Of a stretch of 64,000 nt of DNA, positions 24,861 to 37,164 are shown in pieces. Position 1 is the stretch's first letter, and each line of letters opens with the position of its first letter. Made by a program: the position numbers and the translations under genes. The DNA is taken from the NCBI RefSeq assembly GCF_009834535.1, contig NC_045707.1, forward strand, positions 46,068,001 to 46,132,000, written 5' to 3'. Origin of the DNA: Camelus ferus. Its lineage: Eukaryota. A model generated the notes under the pieces. That model ran no database searches, had not been told where the DNA came from, and saw only the letters and a program-made list of their open reading frames with translations.

Positions 24861-26009
24861 TGAGATATTCCCCCCCAAAAAACAAATACACATGAAAAAC
24901 ATAAACCCAGCATAAAAAAATAAAACAAGATGTTGTGTGATAGCAAATTGTATACTTTGTGTGTGTTGTTTTGGATGATTGTTCGTAGTTGAGTAAATTT
25001 AGGGAGAAGGTAGCCAGACTTCTAAGCTCTGGGCTGAGCAGACAAGGAGAGAAATTGATAGTTCCTTTGAATCTTTAAAACCAGTGGAACAGGACAGGCA
25101 GTTTGGCCTTGTTTTGTCCTCCCCCTGCCAGTTCTGCTGCTGCCACTCCTGCTAATACAGTGACGTTCATCACGTGAACATTTTGTTAACCCCGTTGCAT
25201 CCATGACGTCTTATAATTCTCAAATAAGTGCTGTGAGATAGGGTCCATTGTTGTCTCCATTGTAGGGTGAAAGACAGTGGAGCTGGAGGGTGAAGAATTG
25301 TGCACGGGGGTAAGTGCCTGCGCTGGGAACCTGCCCCTCATCGTCTACCGCCCCTGCTGCCTCCAGGCCCGACCTCGGTCAATGCCACGTCTACCCCACC
25401 TGGCACCGAGGTGGAGGTGTGTGCCTAACGTTGGCAGATTTTCTGAAGGCTTTCGCCCTTTCGTGTCCCTGAGGGTGACATCTTTGTCAGGCTCTGCTTG
25501 CCTATTCGACTTGGTGGCCAGGGAGTCCCCTCGGCCCTGTTAACAGGGTGGCTGCTCCCCTGGTGACCCTGGGGAGAGTGAGTTTCCAGCCCCAGACACA
25601 GGATCATCAGGGAGTAGCTGTTTTCTGCAGAGCAGAAACTGTACCTCAGGTGCTCTTGACCTGACCGACTTCGACGTACTTCTTACAAATGGGTGGGAAG
25701 GGGCTGGCCTCAACAGTCCTGGGTGAAATTTAAATACATCTTCAGTTGAATTCAGAGACCTAGTATGGTCATTTTAAGAAAAAATATATATAATGAAAGA
25801 AAATAGGAGGGGGCACTGTAGACAGGTGATTAGATCCCAGCAGGAAGGGCTGTTGCAGTCAGAGGTTGCTCAGTGGATTAGAGAACAACCCGACCCCCAG
25901 TTTTGGATCATTGTTCTGCCACTTACTATTCGCTGTGACCTTTGGCTGGTTATGTGGCCTCACTGAGGTCCAGTCTCCTCATCTACAGTTTAGGGATGAC
26001 AGGACTATT

Positions 26010-26480
26010 TCAGACTGTTCGTTGTTTGCCCTGAAGCCATTACTCTTTCCTTCCTTGTTAACAAAACCAGACAGAGGTCACTTAAACTCTGGAAAGATGG
26101 GACTTGCCCCTGGCTTTAGGGGCGGACATGAGCTTCAGGTCCATGAGAGGTATGAGGAAGTCTTCGGGAGATTTTTTTCCTGGGTAAGAGGGAGGTGGGG
26201 GAGGAGAACCTCTGCCTGTGCTACTCTCTGCTTCCTGTTTTGAATGCAGCCATGCTAGGGTGTGATGCTTGGCACCGCTGCAGCCATTTCATGACTATGA
26301 GGGAGATGACCAGGAGACTCACAGGGATGCTAATCCCAAGTCCTATGATCATAGAGTCTCCTAAGCATCCGTGGAACTGTATATCCAGATTTCTTGTTAT
26401 GCAAGGAAAATAGACCCCAATTTAGTAAGCTCCAGTTAGCTGTGTTTTCTATCACTTGCAATCAAAAAATGAATTTAAAA
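26010..26480 (+). mobile_element. MLT1 (ERVL-MaLR) solo LTR, old subfamily
   Basis: tgatgcttggcaccgctgcagccatttcatgactatgaggg...ccagatttcttgttatg...ttttctatcacttgcaatcaaa. Confidence 0.75.
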
Positions 26481-29400
26481 CTATTTATTTCTTTTTGAGT
26501 TCTCACGAGAATTAGAGACTATATTTTTAACATGTCTGGAAGAGAGGAGATACATAGTGGCCACCATTGCCACCATCACCGTCACCCCCAGGGTATCTCC
26601 AGGGGCTGGTCGGACTATAGAGGTGGCAGGAGAGAAGAAATGTTGAAAGATTTTGTCTCTTCCTTTCCTCAGTGCACTCTGCCTCTTATAAAAGATTGTA
26701 CAAGGCATGGTGGGGTGGCTGATACTGGAGGAGTGTCAGGAGTAGAAAGGAAAAGAGGAGTAAGAAAAAACAGCCTTAGGGGGAAGTCAGGTGAGTAGGC
26801 TAGGCTCATGGTTTGAATTTATTGCTCTCACATTTTTTTGACCTGAGATGGGATTCAGCCATCCTGGGCCCTTGATCAAAATAAAAATTTTAAAGAATAG
26901 ATGGCAAGGTATTTATTTTTTATGGGCTTTTTAGCATTCATGGCTTAAAAACACTGTGAATGGTAACACCCTTAAAATCTTTAATGGCTATTCCTTTAAA
27001 CAGATGCCCAGGGAATAGTGCTTTTTCAAACATTCCTGGTAGAGGATTATTATAATGAAGCAAAGTCTCTATTTTCAGCTCCCAATTACCTTTCAACCCA
27101 GTTGCTGTCATTAAGCAATGCTTGCATTTAGTGTGCTGGAAGTTGGAGAAATGAGTGCATTACCATCAAAGCATGAACGGGCAGTAGTGTTTTGCATAAT
27201 CATTGCTGGAACTGTTGCTCAGATTTTGCATCTGTCACTCTTGCCCTCCAGTGCTTTAGTTTGGGATTCTGCCTGAGCAAATTTCTAGTTACTGGTTTTA
27301 ATCATTTTCAAACCCTGGTGTGGATTGTCTAGTCACCCACAGTTGCTTTTCTTCATGGCACAGTTTTGTTTTAAGCAGAGTCCCTGTGACAATTCCAACT
27401 TTGTCAAGATAATAAGCTAGAGCTTGCTTGATGCCACCGACAAAGTGAATACCTTGAACATCTCTTGGGGAAAGGATGAAAGCCCCAGCCGGGCTGACTC
27501 ACTTACAGTAAAATGTAGAAATGGAGACCCTGATCCTCTTGAGAGGGGAAGAGGGAGTCTGACCTTCTGCAGACTTGCTGTGTCCAGGCGAGGGGAAGAA
27601 TTGACAGAAGATGGGAAGAGATGGGTGAGGTGAGTGAATGAGGCTGTAGTATTGGATCTGTGAGTCAAACCAAAATAAGGAGAAACCAAACCGAGGGCAT
27701 GTTAAAAATATCAACTGATACAAAATAAATACTATCCCATAACTACTGGAGCAGTGCCCTCAAGTTCCCGTGTGCCAGTCGTGAATTCATGGAGGAGGTC
27801 TGGATGCTGGAGAAGAGACCAGTTGGCAGGGGACCCTGAAGGGGATTGAGGTACAAGAAAACATAAAATTTGAAGAACTGGCAAAACCATGACTGCAGCG
27901 TGCAAGCTGAAAATCAGTTTTGAGTGAAACCCTTTGTGTTCCCCAAAGTGATACTGTCTAGGACAAGGGCAGGCAGAATCAGTGCCTTGCACATCATAGG
28001 TGCTTGGTGAATAGTTACTGAAAGAGTTAATAAATGACTGTTGCCGTGAAGTGATGTGTAAGAAACCCTCTGCATGTGCTGAAAGAAGTAATTTTCATGA
28101 GAACCTTCCTGTGTTTTGCATGGTTTGGGATTGTTTGTAGTTTATATGATTTTCAAAACATGAAACAATGGCGTGGATAGACAAGAAAAACAATACTTCC
28201 TGTTAGAGAGAAGAGAATACTTTTTTCTTTTAAATAAAATCAGAGCTATTGACTCTTCTGGTATTTTCCCCTTTGTACTCTATATTGTAAACTAATTTAT
28301 GCAGGATAAAAATCTATAGGCTTTGCGAAGGCAGCTAGTTCATTGTTACAAAGGGCATACATTAGATGGTTTGCAGTATCTGTGTTGAAGAATTACAATA
28401 GAATGTATTTCTTTTTCTGATGAGAAAATATGAATAGAAAATGATAGCAATCACTTTCTAACCACAGGCTCTACATCAGGATGAAGCGTGATGTTTGTGT
28501 TTTCAGGCCACATGTCTCCTTGAGGAGATCATGAAGGTGTCAGCTGGCACAAAGGAGTCAAGCAGAGTCTGTTGTAAAAGCTCAGAGCAGTGGAGAGTTC
28601 TGATGAGCTATTTAGGAAGAGCTAGACTATACGCTATTTTTGGTGGAATATGAAAGATTCCAGGGAGTTTGTTTATTTGACTTGCCTCACTCCTTCCTCT
28701 AATTCCTATAACACTTTGAAGTGACTTTCCAACAGATGTATAATAATGAAGCTAGTAAAGTGGATCTATAAATTGAAAATCAAAACGAAGGAAAAGAAGA
28801 GATTGCCAGAATAGTACCCATAAGTATTAAAATAGGCCTTTTGATCAATTTCTCATGGAGCCTCCTGGCAGCCATGGCAAACGGGGAAACATGATAAGGC
28901 ACATAACTCCCACTTTTGGAGAGGAGAGAGCGTACAAGTTTCTCAGAGGAGGCAAACCTTTTCTAAAAGATTGCAGTTCTAATTGTAGTTATTCTGGAGC
29001 TGATGATTTAATTTTGATCATTCAGTTTGCATACTTCTTTCTTCTGTTTCTTTAACTGTTACAGTTACTCCTTTGCTTCGTAGTCTCCACGTTGTCAGTG
29101 ATCTAATCATTCTTAGTGCCATTGAGGGATACAGAGAAGGGAAAGGAGGTAAATTCAGAATAGTTAGCTTTGTAGCTGATTACACTTCTGGTTAAGGTCA
29201 TACATGGTATGTCATTTTAGATAAATTGGTGTTATCTGTTGATTTAATTTTTTTATTCTCCAAGACCACAGAATAGAGAATCATTTATATTTTTAAAAAC
29301 TCCAGCCTTATGTAAAGCCCATCTAGCTATGACCTGGGATGGAGATTGGAGCCCCTAACCAGTTGGTCAATGTTAAAAAGTTAAATTTATGTCCTTCAGT

Positions 29401-29671
29401 ATATACATTTAATGTGTTCTAATAATTATTAATAAAAATTTTCTGTTTACTTCATAATATAAAGTTTTTGTTTGTACATGGTTTTCATTTTTAATGACTA
29501 TAATGTACTATAGAGTTTTATATAGTAATTCAATTCTACTGTACAGCTGAGTATTTCCTCATTGAATATTCTTCACTTGTACATATAGTTTGTTTCACTA
29601 TAGAATAAAATGCAGGAAATGGGTTTATTGGATCAAAGATTCTGCTCACCTTTACCATTGTATTACTTTCT

Positions 29672-29746
29672 TTTTTTTTAATTGAAGTATAGTCAGTTAT
29701 TATAATGTGTCAATTTCTGGTGTACAGCATAGTGTCCCAGTTCATG

Positions 29747-29778
<32 letters not shown>

Positions 29779-29912
29779 TATTCATTTTCATATTCTTTTC
29801 ATTAAAAGTTATAACAAAATATTGAATATAATTCCCTGTGCTATACAGAAGAAATTTCTTAAAATCTATTTTTATATGTAGTGGTTATCATTTGCAAATC
29901 TCAAACTCCCAA
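29672..29912 (-). mobile_element. Young 5'-truncated L1 3' end
   Basis: Perfect 18-bp TSD accattgtattactttct at 29654-29671 and 29913-29930; T tail; attgaagtatagtcagtt...ctggtgtacagcatag. Confidence 0.92.
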
Positions 29913-30194
29913 ACCATTGTATTACTTTCTCAAGCATCAATGATCTTTCTTTCATGTCCTTCTCCACAAAGGAGATGAAAAGACCTGTTGATGAACCAGT
30001 TATCTCCAAGCACTTTATCAACAGCTTTTCATCTCCTTTGTGACTCACCTCTGAGCGCCAGGTCTCCTGATGTTCTTGGTAATCTTTGCAGCTAGAGTTC
30101 TACAAATTCCTCATAATTAGCAGAGTGATGTCAGGGATGCCCTCCTTTTAAAATACCTATTTATAATCTTTTGAATTTCTAGCATATTGAATGT

Positions 30195-30703
30195 TGTGGC
30201 AGAGGCTGCTAGTTATGCATAATATTCATTCAGAACTCAAAACTTTTAGTTGGGTACAAGTCATCCAGAATAAAGGCTACATATCCCAGCTTCCCGTATA
30301 ACCACAGGAGACCAAGTGACTAGTTCTGGCTGATAGAATGTGAGTAGAAGGGTTGTTTGGTAGCTTCCAGGATCCTTTTGAAAAAACTGATGTGTGCCCT
30401 TTGTCCTCTCTTTCTTATTTACCCTTTCTTCCATCTTTCTGCCTGGAACACAGTTATGATGGCTGGAGCTCTAGCTACCATATTGAATCATGAGAACAAG
30501 GGCCACACTCAAAGGATGTAGGAACGGTGATCCAGAAGGCTTTTGGATCAGTGAGGATTTTATGGACCAGAACTAGCAGGCATGGCGCTGTGCTGCCTGC
30601 CTCTGGAATGTCATATACAAGAGAAATGCATTTTTATTTTGTTTAAATCATTATTTTGGGTCTCTGTTACTCACAGCTGAATCTAAATGCTAACTGATAA
30701 CAC
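30195..30703 (+). mobile_element. MLT1 (ERVL-MaLR) solo LTR
   Basis: tgtggcagaggctgctagtt...tgatggctggagctctagctaccatattg...ctctgttactcacagctgaatctaaatgctaactgata. Confidence 0.85.
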
Positions 30704-30959
30704 ATGTGTCCATATAAAAGTGGCTACATGAACAATTTAAGAGTCTTAGGCATTATCATGTATTAGACATGAATATTTCATAGTTAGACCAAAAGTTGTT
30801 GAGACCAAAGTAAAAGTGAATTGCAAGGATCAAATGATTTTCTCAGTTCTTTTCTTACTATACTCCTTTCTATTAAAAAAAATCATCTTGATGATAATAG
30901 CTGTGTTTATTGAGTTCTCCTTACATACTTATCTCATTTAATCCCCCATGAGAAGGTAC

Positions 30960-31165
30960 AGTTGCCAGAGGGCAGGGGAGAATAGAGAGTCACTACTGAT
31001 GGGTTTAAGATTTGGTTTTGGGATGATGAAGATGTTCTAAAATAGATTATGGTGATCGTTACAATATCTTAAATATACTAAACCTCACTGAATTGTGTAC
31101 TTTAAGTGGGCAAACTTTACAGTATACAACTAATAACCCAATGAAGCTGTTTAAAAAAAAAAAAA
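30960..31165 (+). mobile_element. L1MB-like 3' end with poly(A)
   Basis: gttgccagagggcagggg...gggatgatgaagatgttctaaaatagattatggtgat...aaagc-like end and A run. Confidence 0.85.
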
Positions 31166-33639
31166 CTAGGAGCAATGTCCCAGCCTTCCACAAGATGAGG
31201 ATGTCATATCATGAAAGCAATCTTTTTTTTTACACTCCATAAAATAGAATACTATCCTCTTTTTGGAGAAGAAATTAGGGAATTTGCCATTGAAAATATG
31301 AGGACACAAGAGAATTAAAATATTTTGTTTCCCGAGGTGGTAAGGAATAAAGCAAATTTTGGCAATATTTACCCATTTCCTAAAAATGTAGTATTTTGTT
31401 CTTTCACAAGTGAGGACAGAATTAATAAAATTGAGCCTTGCATCAGAGAACTTTAACAAACCTGATATTTTTGTTCTGTATTTCCCTTGCTTTGTAAGTC
31501 TTTCTCTCTTGGATTTTGTACGCCAGGCGATGTGTGCCCACAATACTGTATGCCTATCCTGTACTATAAGCACCAGGAACTTCCCACCTAAAGTTAGCTC
31601 CTTTTTACACAGGATTCTCTTCTCCCTTGGTTGGTGTTTGGTCTCTACCACTCAACTGACCTTTGATAACCCACAGTCCCTTTTCCCTCTAAATAAACTA
31701 GTCTTAGGCACCAGTATGTATAGTTAAGGCTAATTAAGAGAGATTTATATTAATCTTTTGAAAAGGTTGACCTGCTGAATTAATTTAAATCAAGGGTTGT
31801 CTGTGGATTTTATTTATCCATATAGTTCCTGGCTTTGGTTACCACATGATCAAACGTTGGTTGGACTCTCTTTAAACTCCCAGCTCCCCCCTCACACAGC
31901 GGCTTTTGCCTGGGTACCGGCTCCTTTTCTTAACCAGATTGTGGAATCCTTTAAACTTCTCACAGCGTCTTGCACTGCATAGGTGCTTGGTGATCATTTG
32001 TTGAATGAATAATTCTGGGTAGATGGAACTTCAGGACCTGAGCCGCAGGAAAGCAGTTCCTTTGTTTTTTTCGTTTAGTGTGTGCTAAGTGAATGTTACA
32101 CAGCCAGCGGAGAGAAGTCCGTACTGCTTACTGTCTGATTGATCGTGACATAGGTTTACAAGCATGCGAACGTGGTGTTAATGCACATGAATTAAACCGC
32201 AAGAAAGGAAATAATGTTTAGCTTTTCTTTCTGACCATCTGTGCATAAAATTGGTTAGTCCGGAATTTACCAAAAGCGCCTCTGGAACATGAGCTCTGGA
32301 TGTCTTTTTGCTTTTTGTTGACGGGGTTGATCAGAGCCATCATCCTGTCAGGTGGCTTGACAAAGAGGAAGAGAAATCTAATCCAGAGCCATGCACAGAC
32401 TTAAAAACAAATATCCCATTTTGTACTGTAACTTGCTTTGAGTTGGCCATGAAGATTCTTTTCAAGAAAAATCCTGTGGTTTTAAAATTTTTCTTAGAAG
32501 TAGGATGTGGACTGTTTGCCATAACAGAGTAGAAGACAAATGTTGAACTTCCATTTCAGCAAGATGAGTTTTAGAGACGAACGACCTGAGGACGTGCCAT
32601 GGACGTGACTGATGTAACTGTCTCCATCTTTCCAATACCAGTGGCCAATGTTAGAAGGACAGGAAGCTGCAGGCCAGCCCTCACTGTTCAGCCTTCCCAT
32701 TCATAGCTCTGTGATCCGAGGACTCTGCTCTGGCCATGTCCCTCCTTTTCAAGCAGAAAGAAGTTTGCTCCAAAAGTCTGGGGACCGGAGTTTGAGACCT
32801 GGTCCTGCCTTTGACTTTGGATGGGTCTTAGCCTAGGGCATCCTGTTCCCTAGGCAGCACTTTGAGGGAGTTGCAGCTTTAGTTGTCACAGTTACAGGTA
32901 TTACATTACTCATGAGTTTATTTCATTTCAGGATAGTAAAGGTAGCAGCATAAAAAATGGAGATAATGCCCTACCCATCTCTCAGAACTGTATTGAGGGT
33001 CAGATGTGGAAATAATGTGAATCTGAGTCTCTCTGAGTATATTTCCTCAACTGCAAAATGGAGACAATGCCAGCTTAGCATAGCCCTTGTGAGGATTAAG
33101 TAGAGTCACATGTGTAATGCACTCGGTGAAGCAGAATGTAACAGTAATGTGTCCACCATCAATTAATTATTTAATCCTGACTTCCTGCCATTAACTCTGC
33201 TGCCTAGCCAGCTGTCTTACTATTGACTGGGCATATTTGGTGATGTTCCATCTTTAATCCCAGACCGCACTGTGCACTCTCTCTCTGAACCCTTCCTGAA
33301 TTTTTTTTTTCATCTTCTCTGCCTGTCCCAATCTGCTCTTTCCTAAAACTTTTTCTCATCTGACTTCACACAGGGCCCAGTGGGAAATGTTTTCTCTTTC
33401 TCTTAGTCTCCTGTTCAGTCATTTACTTCTTAGAATGATAGTTTCTCCTTCCTTGCACGTGTGTCTTGCTGTTCCCTGGGATGGAAGCCCCTTGGTCTTA
33501 GCATGGGGCTGGGCAGCTGGAAGATACTCAGCGGTGGTTAGTTGATTTTCTACACCCAGGAGACATGCTTTAGAATGAAGCAAACTAGCAAACCAAAGCC
33601 TTTCCTTCCTTGAAAGTGTATACCAAGCAATAAAGCTAA

Positions 33640-33880
33640 ATAATCACAGACTTTCAGAACAGGAAAAGGCCTTAGGGAGTTACTCTTTATTGCATATAAT
33701 AGGTGCTTTATATACTTCATATCCGTTGTTTCTCATAATATGGTTACCGCATTTTATATGCAAAAAATCTAAGACTCAGAGATACTAAGCAACTTGCCCA
33801 AGGGTCACTCATCTAGAAGTAGCAGAAGGGTGATTTGAACCTCTCTGTCTTCAAAACCCATGTTCCACCATTTTATTCTG
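33640..33880 (-). mobile_element. MIR SINE
   Basis: taagcaacttgcccaagggtcac...gatttgaacctc. Confidence 0.7.
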
Positions 33881-34189
33881 CTTCTTAAGAGAAATAAAAT
33901 TACATCATCACAAGAAAATAACGTTTGGGGCAATAAATCTGAAAGAGTCAATATTAAATTGTTGGGGTTTTTTGTTGTTGTTGTTGTTTTTAAAGTCATG
34001 AAACAGCAGTCTTCAGTGTAGAAACAGCTGAGGTGTGGATAGTGAGCAACAAGTGTGAGATGGCCATCTAATGCCACCCACTGTTTTTCTAGGGTACCAA
34101 GAAAGGGAGAGGGGCTTCGTCCTCAAATGTCATGAGAAACAAAGCAAAACAAAACTAAAACAGGAAAACACAGAATGCAGCAAGCAAGG

Positions 34190-34470
34190 TTGAAGAACCT
34201 AGTGGCAAGTGTACAGCCTCTGGGACCAGACTGTGTGTTTGGATCCCAGCTCTACCCGCATTTCAGCTGCGGGACCTTGGACAGCTTCCTTATTTAACTC
34301 CTCTGTGCCTCACTTCCTGCATTTGTGAAATGTGAGGATGATGGTAGAACCTACCCCGCAGGGCAGCTGTGAAATGGAGAGAGAGAGAATACATACGGAG
34401 ATTTACAACATGCCTGCCGCATCTTAGGGCTCACTAAGCTCTGGCTGTTGTTGTTGTAATTATTATTATT
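34190..34470 (+). mobile_element. MIR SINE, near full length
   Basis: ctctgggaccagactg...ggatcccagctctacc...tctgtgcctcacttcctgcatttgtgaaatg. Confidence 0.85.
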
Positions 34471-34522
34471 ATGGAAGCTGAGGAAGGTATTGCACAGAGA
34501 ACTTTAAAAATTCCTACTGCTT

Positions 34523-34910
34523 AAAGAGAAAAATGCTATATGATATCACTTATATGTGCAGTCTTTAAAAAATGAGGCAAATGAACTTATTTACGAAACT
34601 GACACAGACTCACAAACATAGAAAACAAAATTGTGGTCACCAGAGGGGAAAGGGGGTGGGAAGGGATAAATTGGGAGTTTGGGTTTTGCAGATACTAACT
34701 ACTATATATAAAATAGATAAACAGCAGGGTCCTACTGTAGCACAGGGAACTATATTCAATGCTTCGTTATAGCCTATAATGAATAAGAATATGAAAAGGA
34801 ATATATATGTGTATATATATGTGTATAACTGAATCACTGTGCTGAACACCAGAAACTAACACAACATTGTAAACAGACTGTACGTCAGTAAAAAAAAAAA
34901 TTAATTAAAA
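34523..34910 (+). mobile_element. Young 5'-truncated L1 3' end with poly(A)
   Basis: Perfect 17-bp TSD aaaaattcctactgctt at 34506-34522 and 34911-34927; tgatatcacttatatgtg...G-rich tract...aactgaatcactgtgctg. Confidence 0.92.
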
Positions 34911-36259
34911 AAAAATTCCTACTGCTTGCAAGGGCCAGGAGTCAGTCTTTCCTAATTCTGCGGAGGGTCCATCTGAGGTTCCCCACCCACACATGTCTGG
35001 CAGTGTGTGTGGGCGAAGGCAGACCTCAGACCTTAGAGCCAGGCCTTACCCTGTAATAACAATAACAGTTTTCTTTGACTAAGAGACAGGCTTAAGGGGC
35101 TAGGCCGTTTTGTTATGAAAAGTAAATAGCAGCACACTCTGTTGTTCCTCCTGGAATCCAGCATAAATTGACTTCCCAGGCAGCTGTCACTCAGTGCTGT
35201 CCTTTGCACCACTCTCAGGAAGTCAAGGTTAAGCCCTGGAGAGGCATGAACCGTTTATGAAGGTTTTGGATTTGCTGATTGGATTTTTAATCAAGTCGGG
35301 CTGTGTGCTTTTAGGAAAGTGCTTCAGTTATTAACAGGGTAAGGGCGCGTGGGCCTCAGGATTCCTTTTTGGCTAAAAAGGTATTCAGGGGATGAAGGAG
35401 CATTTCCCTGACGAGATCTGGGAAGGGAATTTCAGCCTGTTTCCACCCTCGTGTTTGGCCAGCCTTGGGCAGGAGCTCATCCTTTTCCTACTGACGGGAA
35501 AATGGGAATGAGGGACCAGGGTGCTCATCTGACCTATTGACACTTGATCATGTCATGTGGGAAATGGCAATTATTCTTTCATCAGCTATTTGGAACTGTA
35601 CCTGACAGCACCTGAGTAATTGTTTTCTTCTCCAGAAAGGCCTTAGACCTGCGCTGCTGGACACAGGCACACGGCCCTGATGCTCATGGGCTTGTACTGC
35701 TCCGTGCTAGTGACCTGAAGCCGAGCTGATAATAACCCCGTGGGGATGATTTCTCACCCTGTGCTCCAGGGAGGGTCCTCACCTACCTTTACACCTGTCC
35801 CAGGTTCCCTTTCCTCGGAATTCCAGGAGGCCGGCAGTGCCACCCCTGTCCCTAATCTCTGGGATGGGAAAAGGCCGCTGTTCAATAAAAGGGCTATTGT
35901 TGGGCAAAACCCCACAGTCTCAGGAAGATGGGAATGGAAGAACCATGGGAAATCACTGCTCCAGCTCCTTCCCAGAACTCACCGCATCTGGAAATGCCAC
36001 TGGTATTCAGGGAACAGCAGCTCTTTGTGTTTTCCTGCCAGTGAGAGTGGTGGGGGCCGTCCTCTTGCCCTGGAGAGCAAAGTGACGAGAGGTCAGGGAG
36101 GCTGAGGGAGGGAGAGACAGTGCCTGACTCACCATCTGTTCTCTGAACAGTGCTCAAGAGGATGTCTCGTACACCGGGCGGTGAGATGCAGAAAATGAAC
36201 AAGTGCTCTCCGTTTTTATTCCTAAAGGTCAACTTCGTATCTCTGCCCCTGTCATGCAT

Positions 36260-36470
36260 TAATTACGTGACATTCATTGAGCGCTTCCATCTCTCACTAA
36301 ACCCTCACCATCCTGTGAGGAAATTACTAGTACCCCCATCTTTACAATAAGGAAATCACATCTGAGAAAGATTAACTTCCCCACAGTGTCACAGCTAGTG
36401 AGAGACAGCACTAGGATTTGAACCTGGGTCCAGCTGCAAAGTCATGCCTTTAGCCACGGTGCTAGGCTCT
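36260..36470 (-). mobile_element. MIR SINE
   Basis: cctcaccatcctgtgagg...gtcacagctagtgag...ggatttgaacctggg. Confidence 0.8.
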
Positions 36471-37164
36471 CTCTTGGCTTTGCATCCTCTGTTTTTCTCT
36501 AACGCAGTGCAGATGCTGTCTGCACTATGTTAAGACCCTTTCATGGTCTGTATTTTGCATTGGTGAAGTCATGTTAATTGATTTTTTAACATTCAGCTTT
36601 TTGTGCTAGGAGACTCATTTCCATCTAGCTTTTTCATGCTCTGAGAAGGAGGAGCCTCTCTCTTTTGAACAGAGCACAGAATGTTCAGAAGTCTGCGTTA
36701 TGCCCAGGAGAGCCCTGAAGGAGACTCAGGTGGGAGCAACTTCGGGGGGGGGGGCTGCTGCTCTTCCTCCCTTTGATCCCTGCTGCCACTCCCCTCGCCA
36801 CCAGAGACCCTAACTTCCCTGTTTCTCTCCAGCTCAAATCCCTTTTTTGAGTCACATCTAAGAAATAAATTAACATTTTCTAATAACTTTTGCTCAGCAG
36901 CAGAGAAAACCAGAGGAAATTAATGACAGAAAAGAAGTGTTTTTTAACTGCATGTTTCTGTTTCTAAAACTATGAATTTTACTGAGCCCCTTCAGCACTT
37001 AATAATGTGAACAATCTCCTAGCCCTTTGCTGTCTATGTAAGGTACCATCTTCTTTTCCTAGCAAGTGGGATCTGGTTTATTTGCCACCCCCTTCTTTCT
37101 GAAATACAAACCTTTTTCTCAAGATAGGGTCCTTGCAATCAATTTCTTGTTTCCAGTCTGAGCT

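Noticed and set aside
27560..27635. Good donor gag|gtgagt with nearby acceptors (42 or 57 nt)
   Set aside because: Short pyrimidine tracts; such pairs are common by chance in 64 kb.
28494..28542. Possible 30-nt exon (ATCLLEEIMK) after tttgtgttttcag
   Set aside because: Donor aag|gtgtca is weak and the peptide is unrecognised.
31166..31651. 161-aa minus-strand ORF
   Set aside because: No recognisable homology or exon boundaries.
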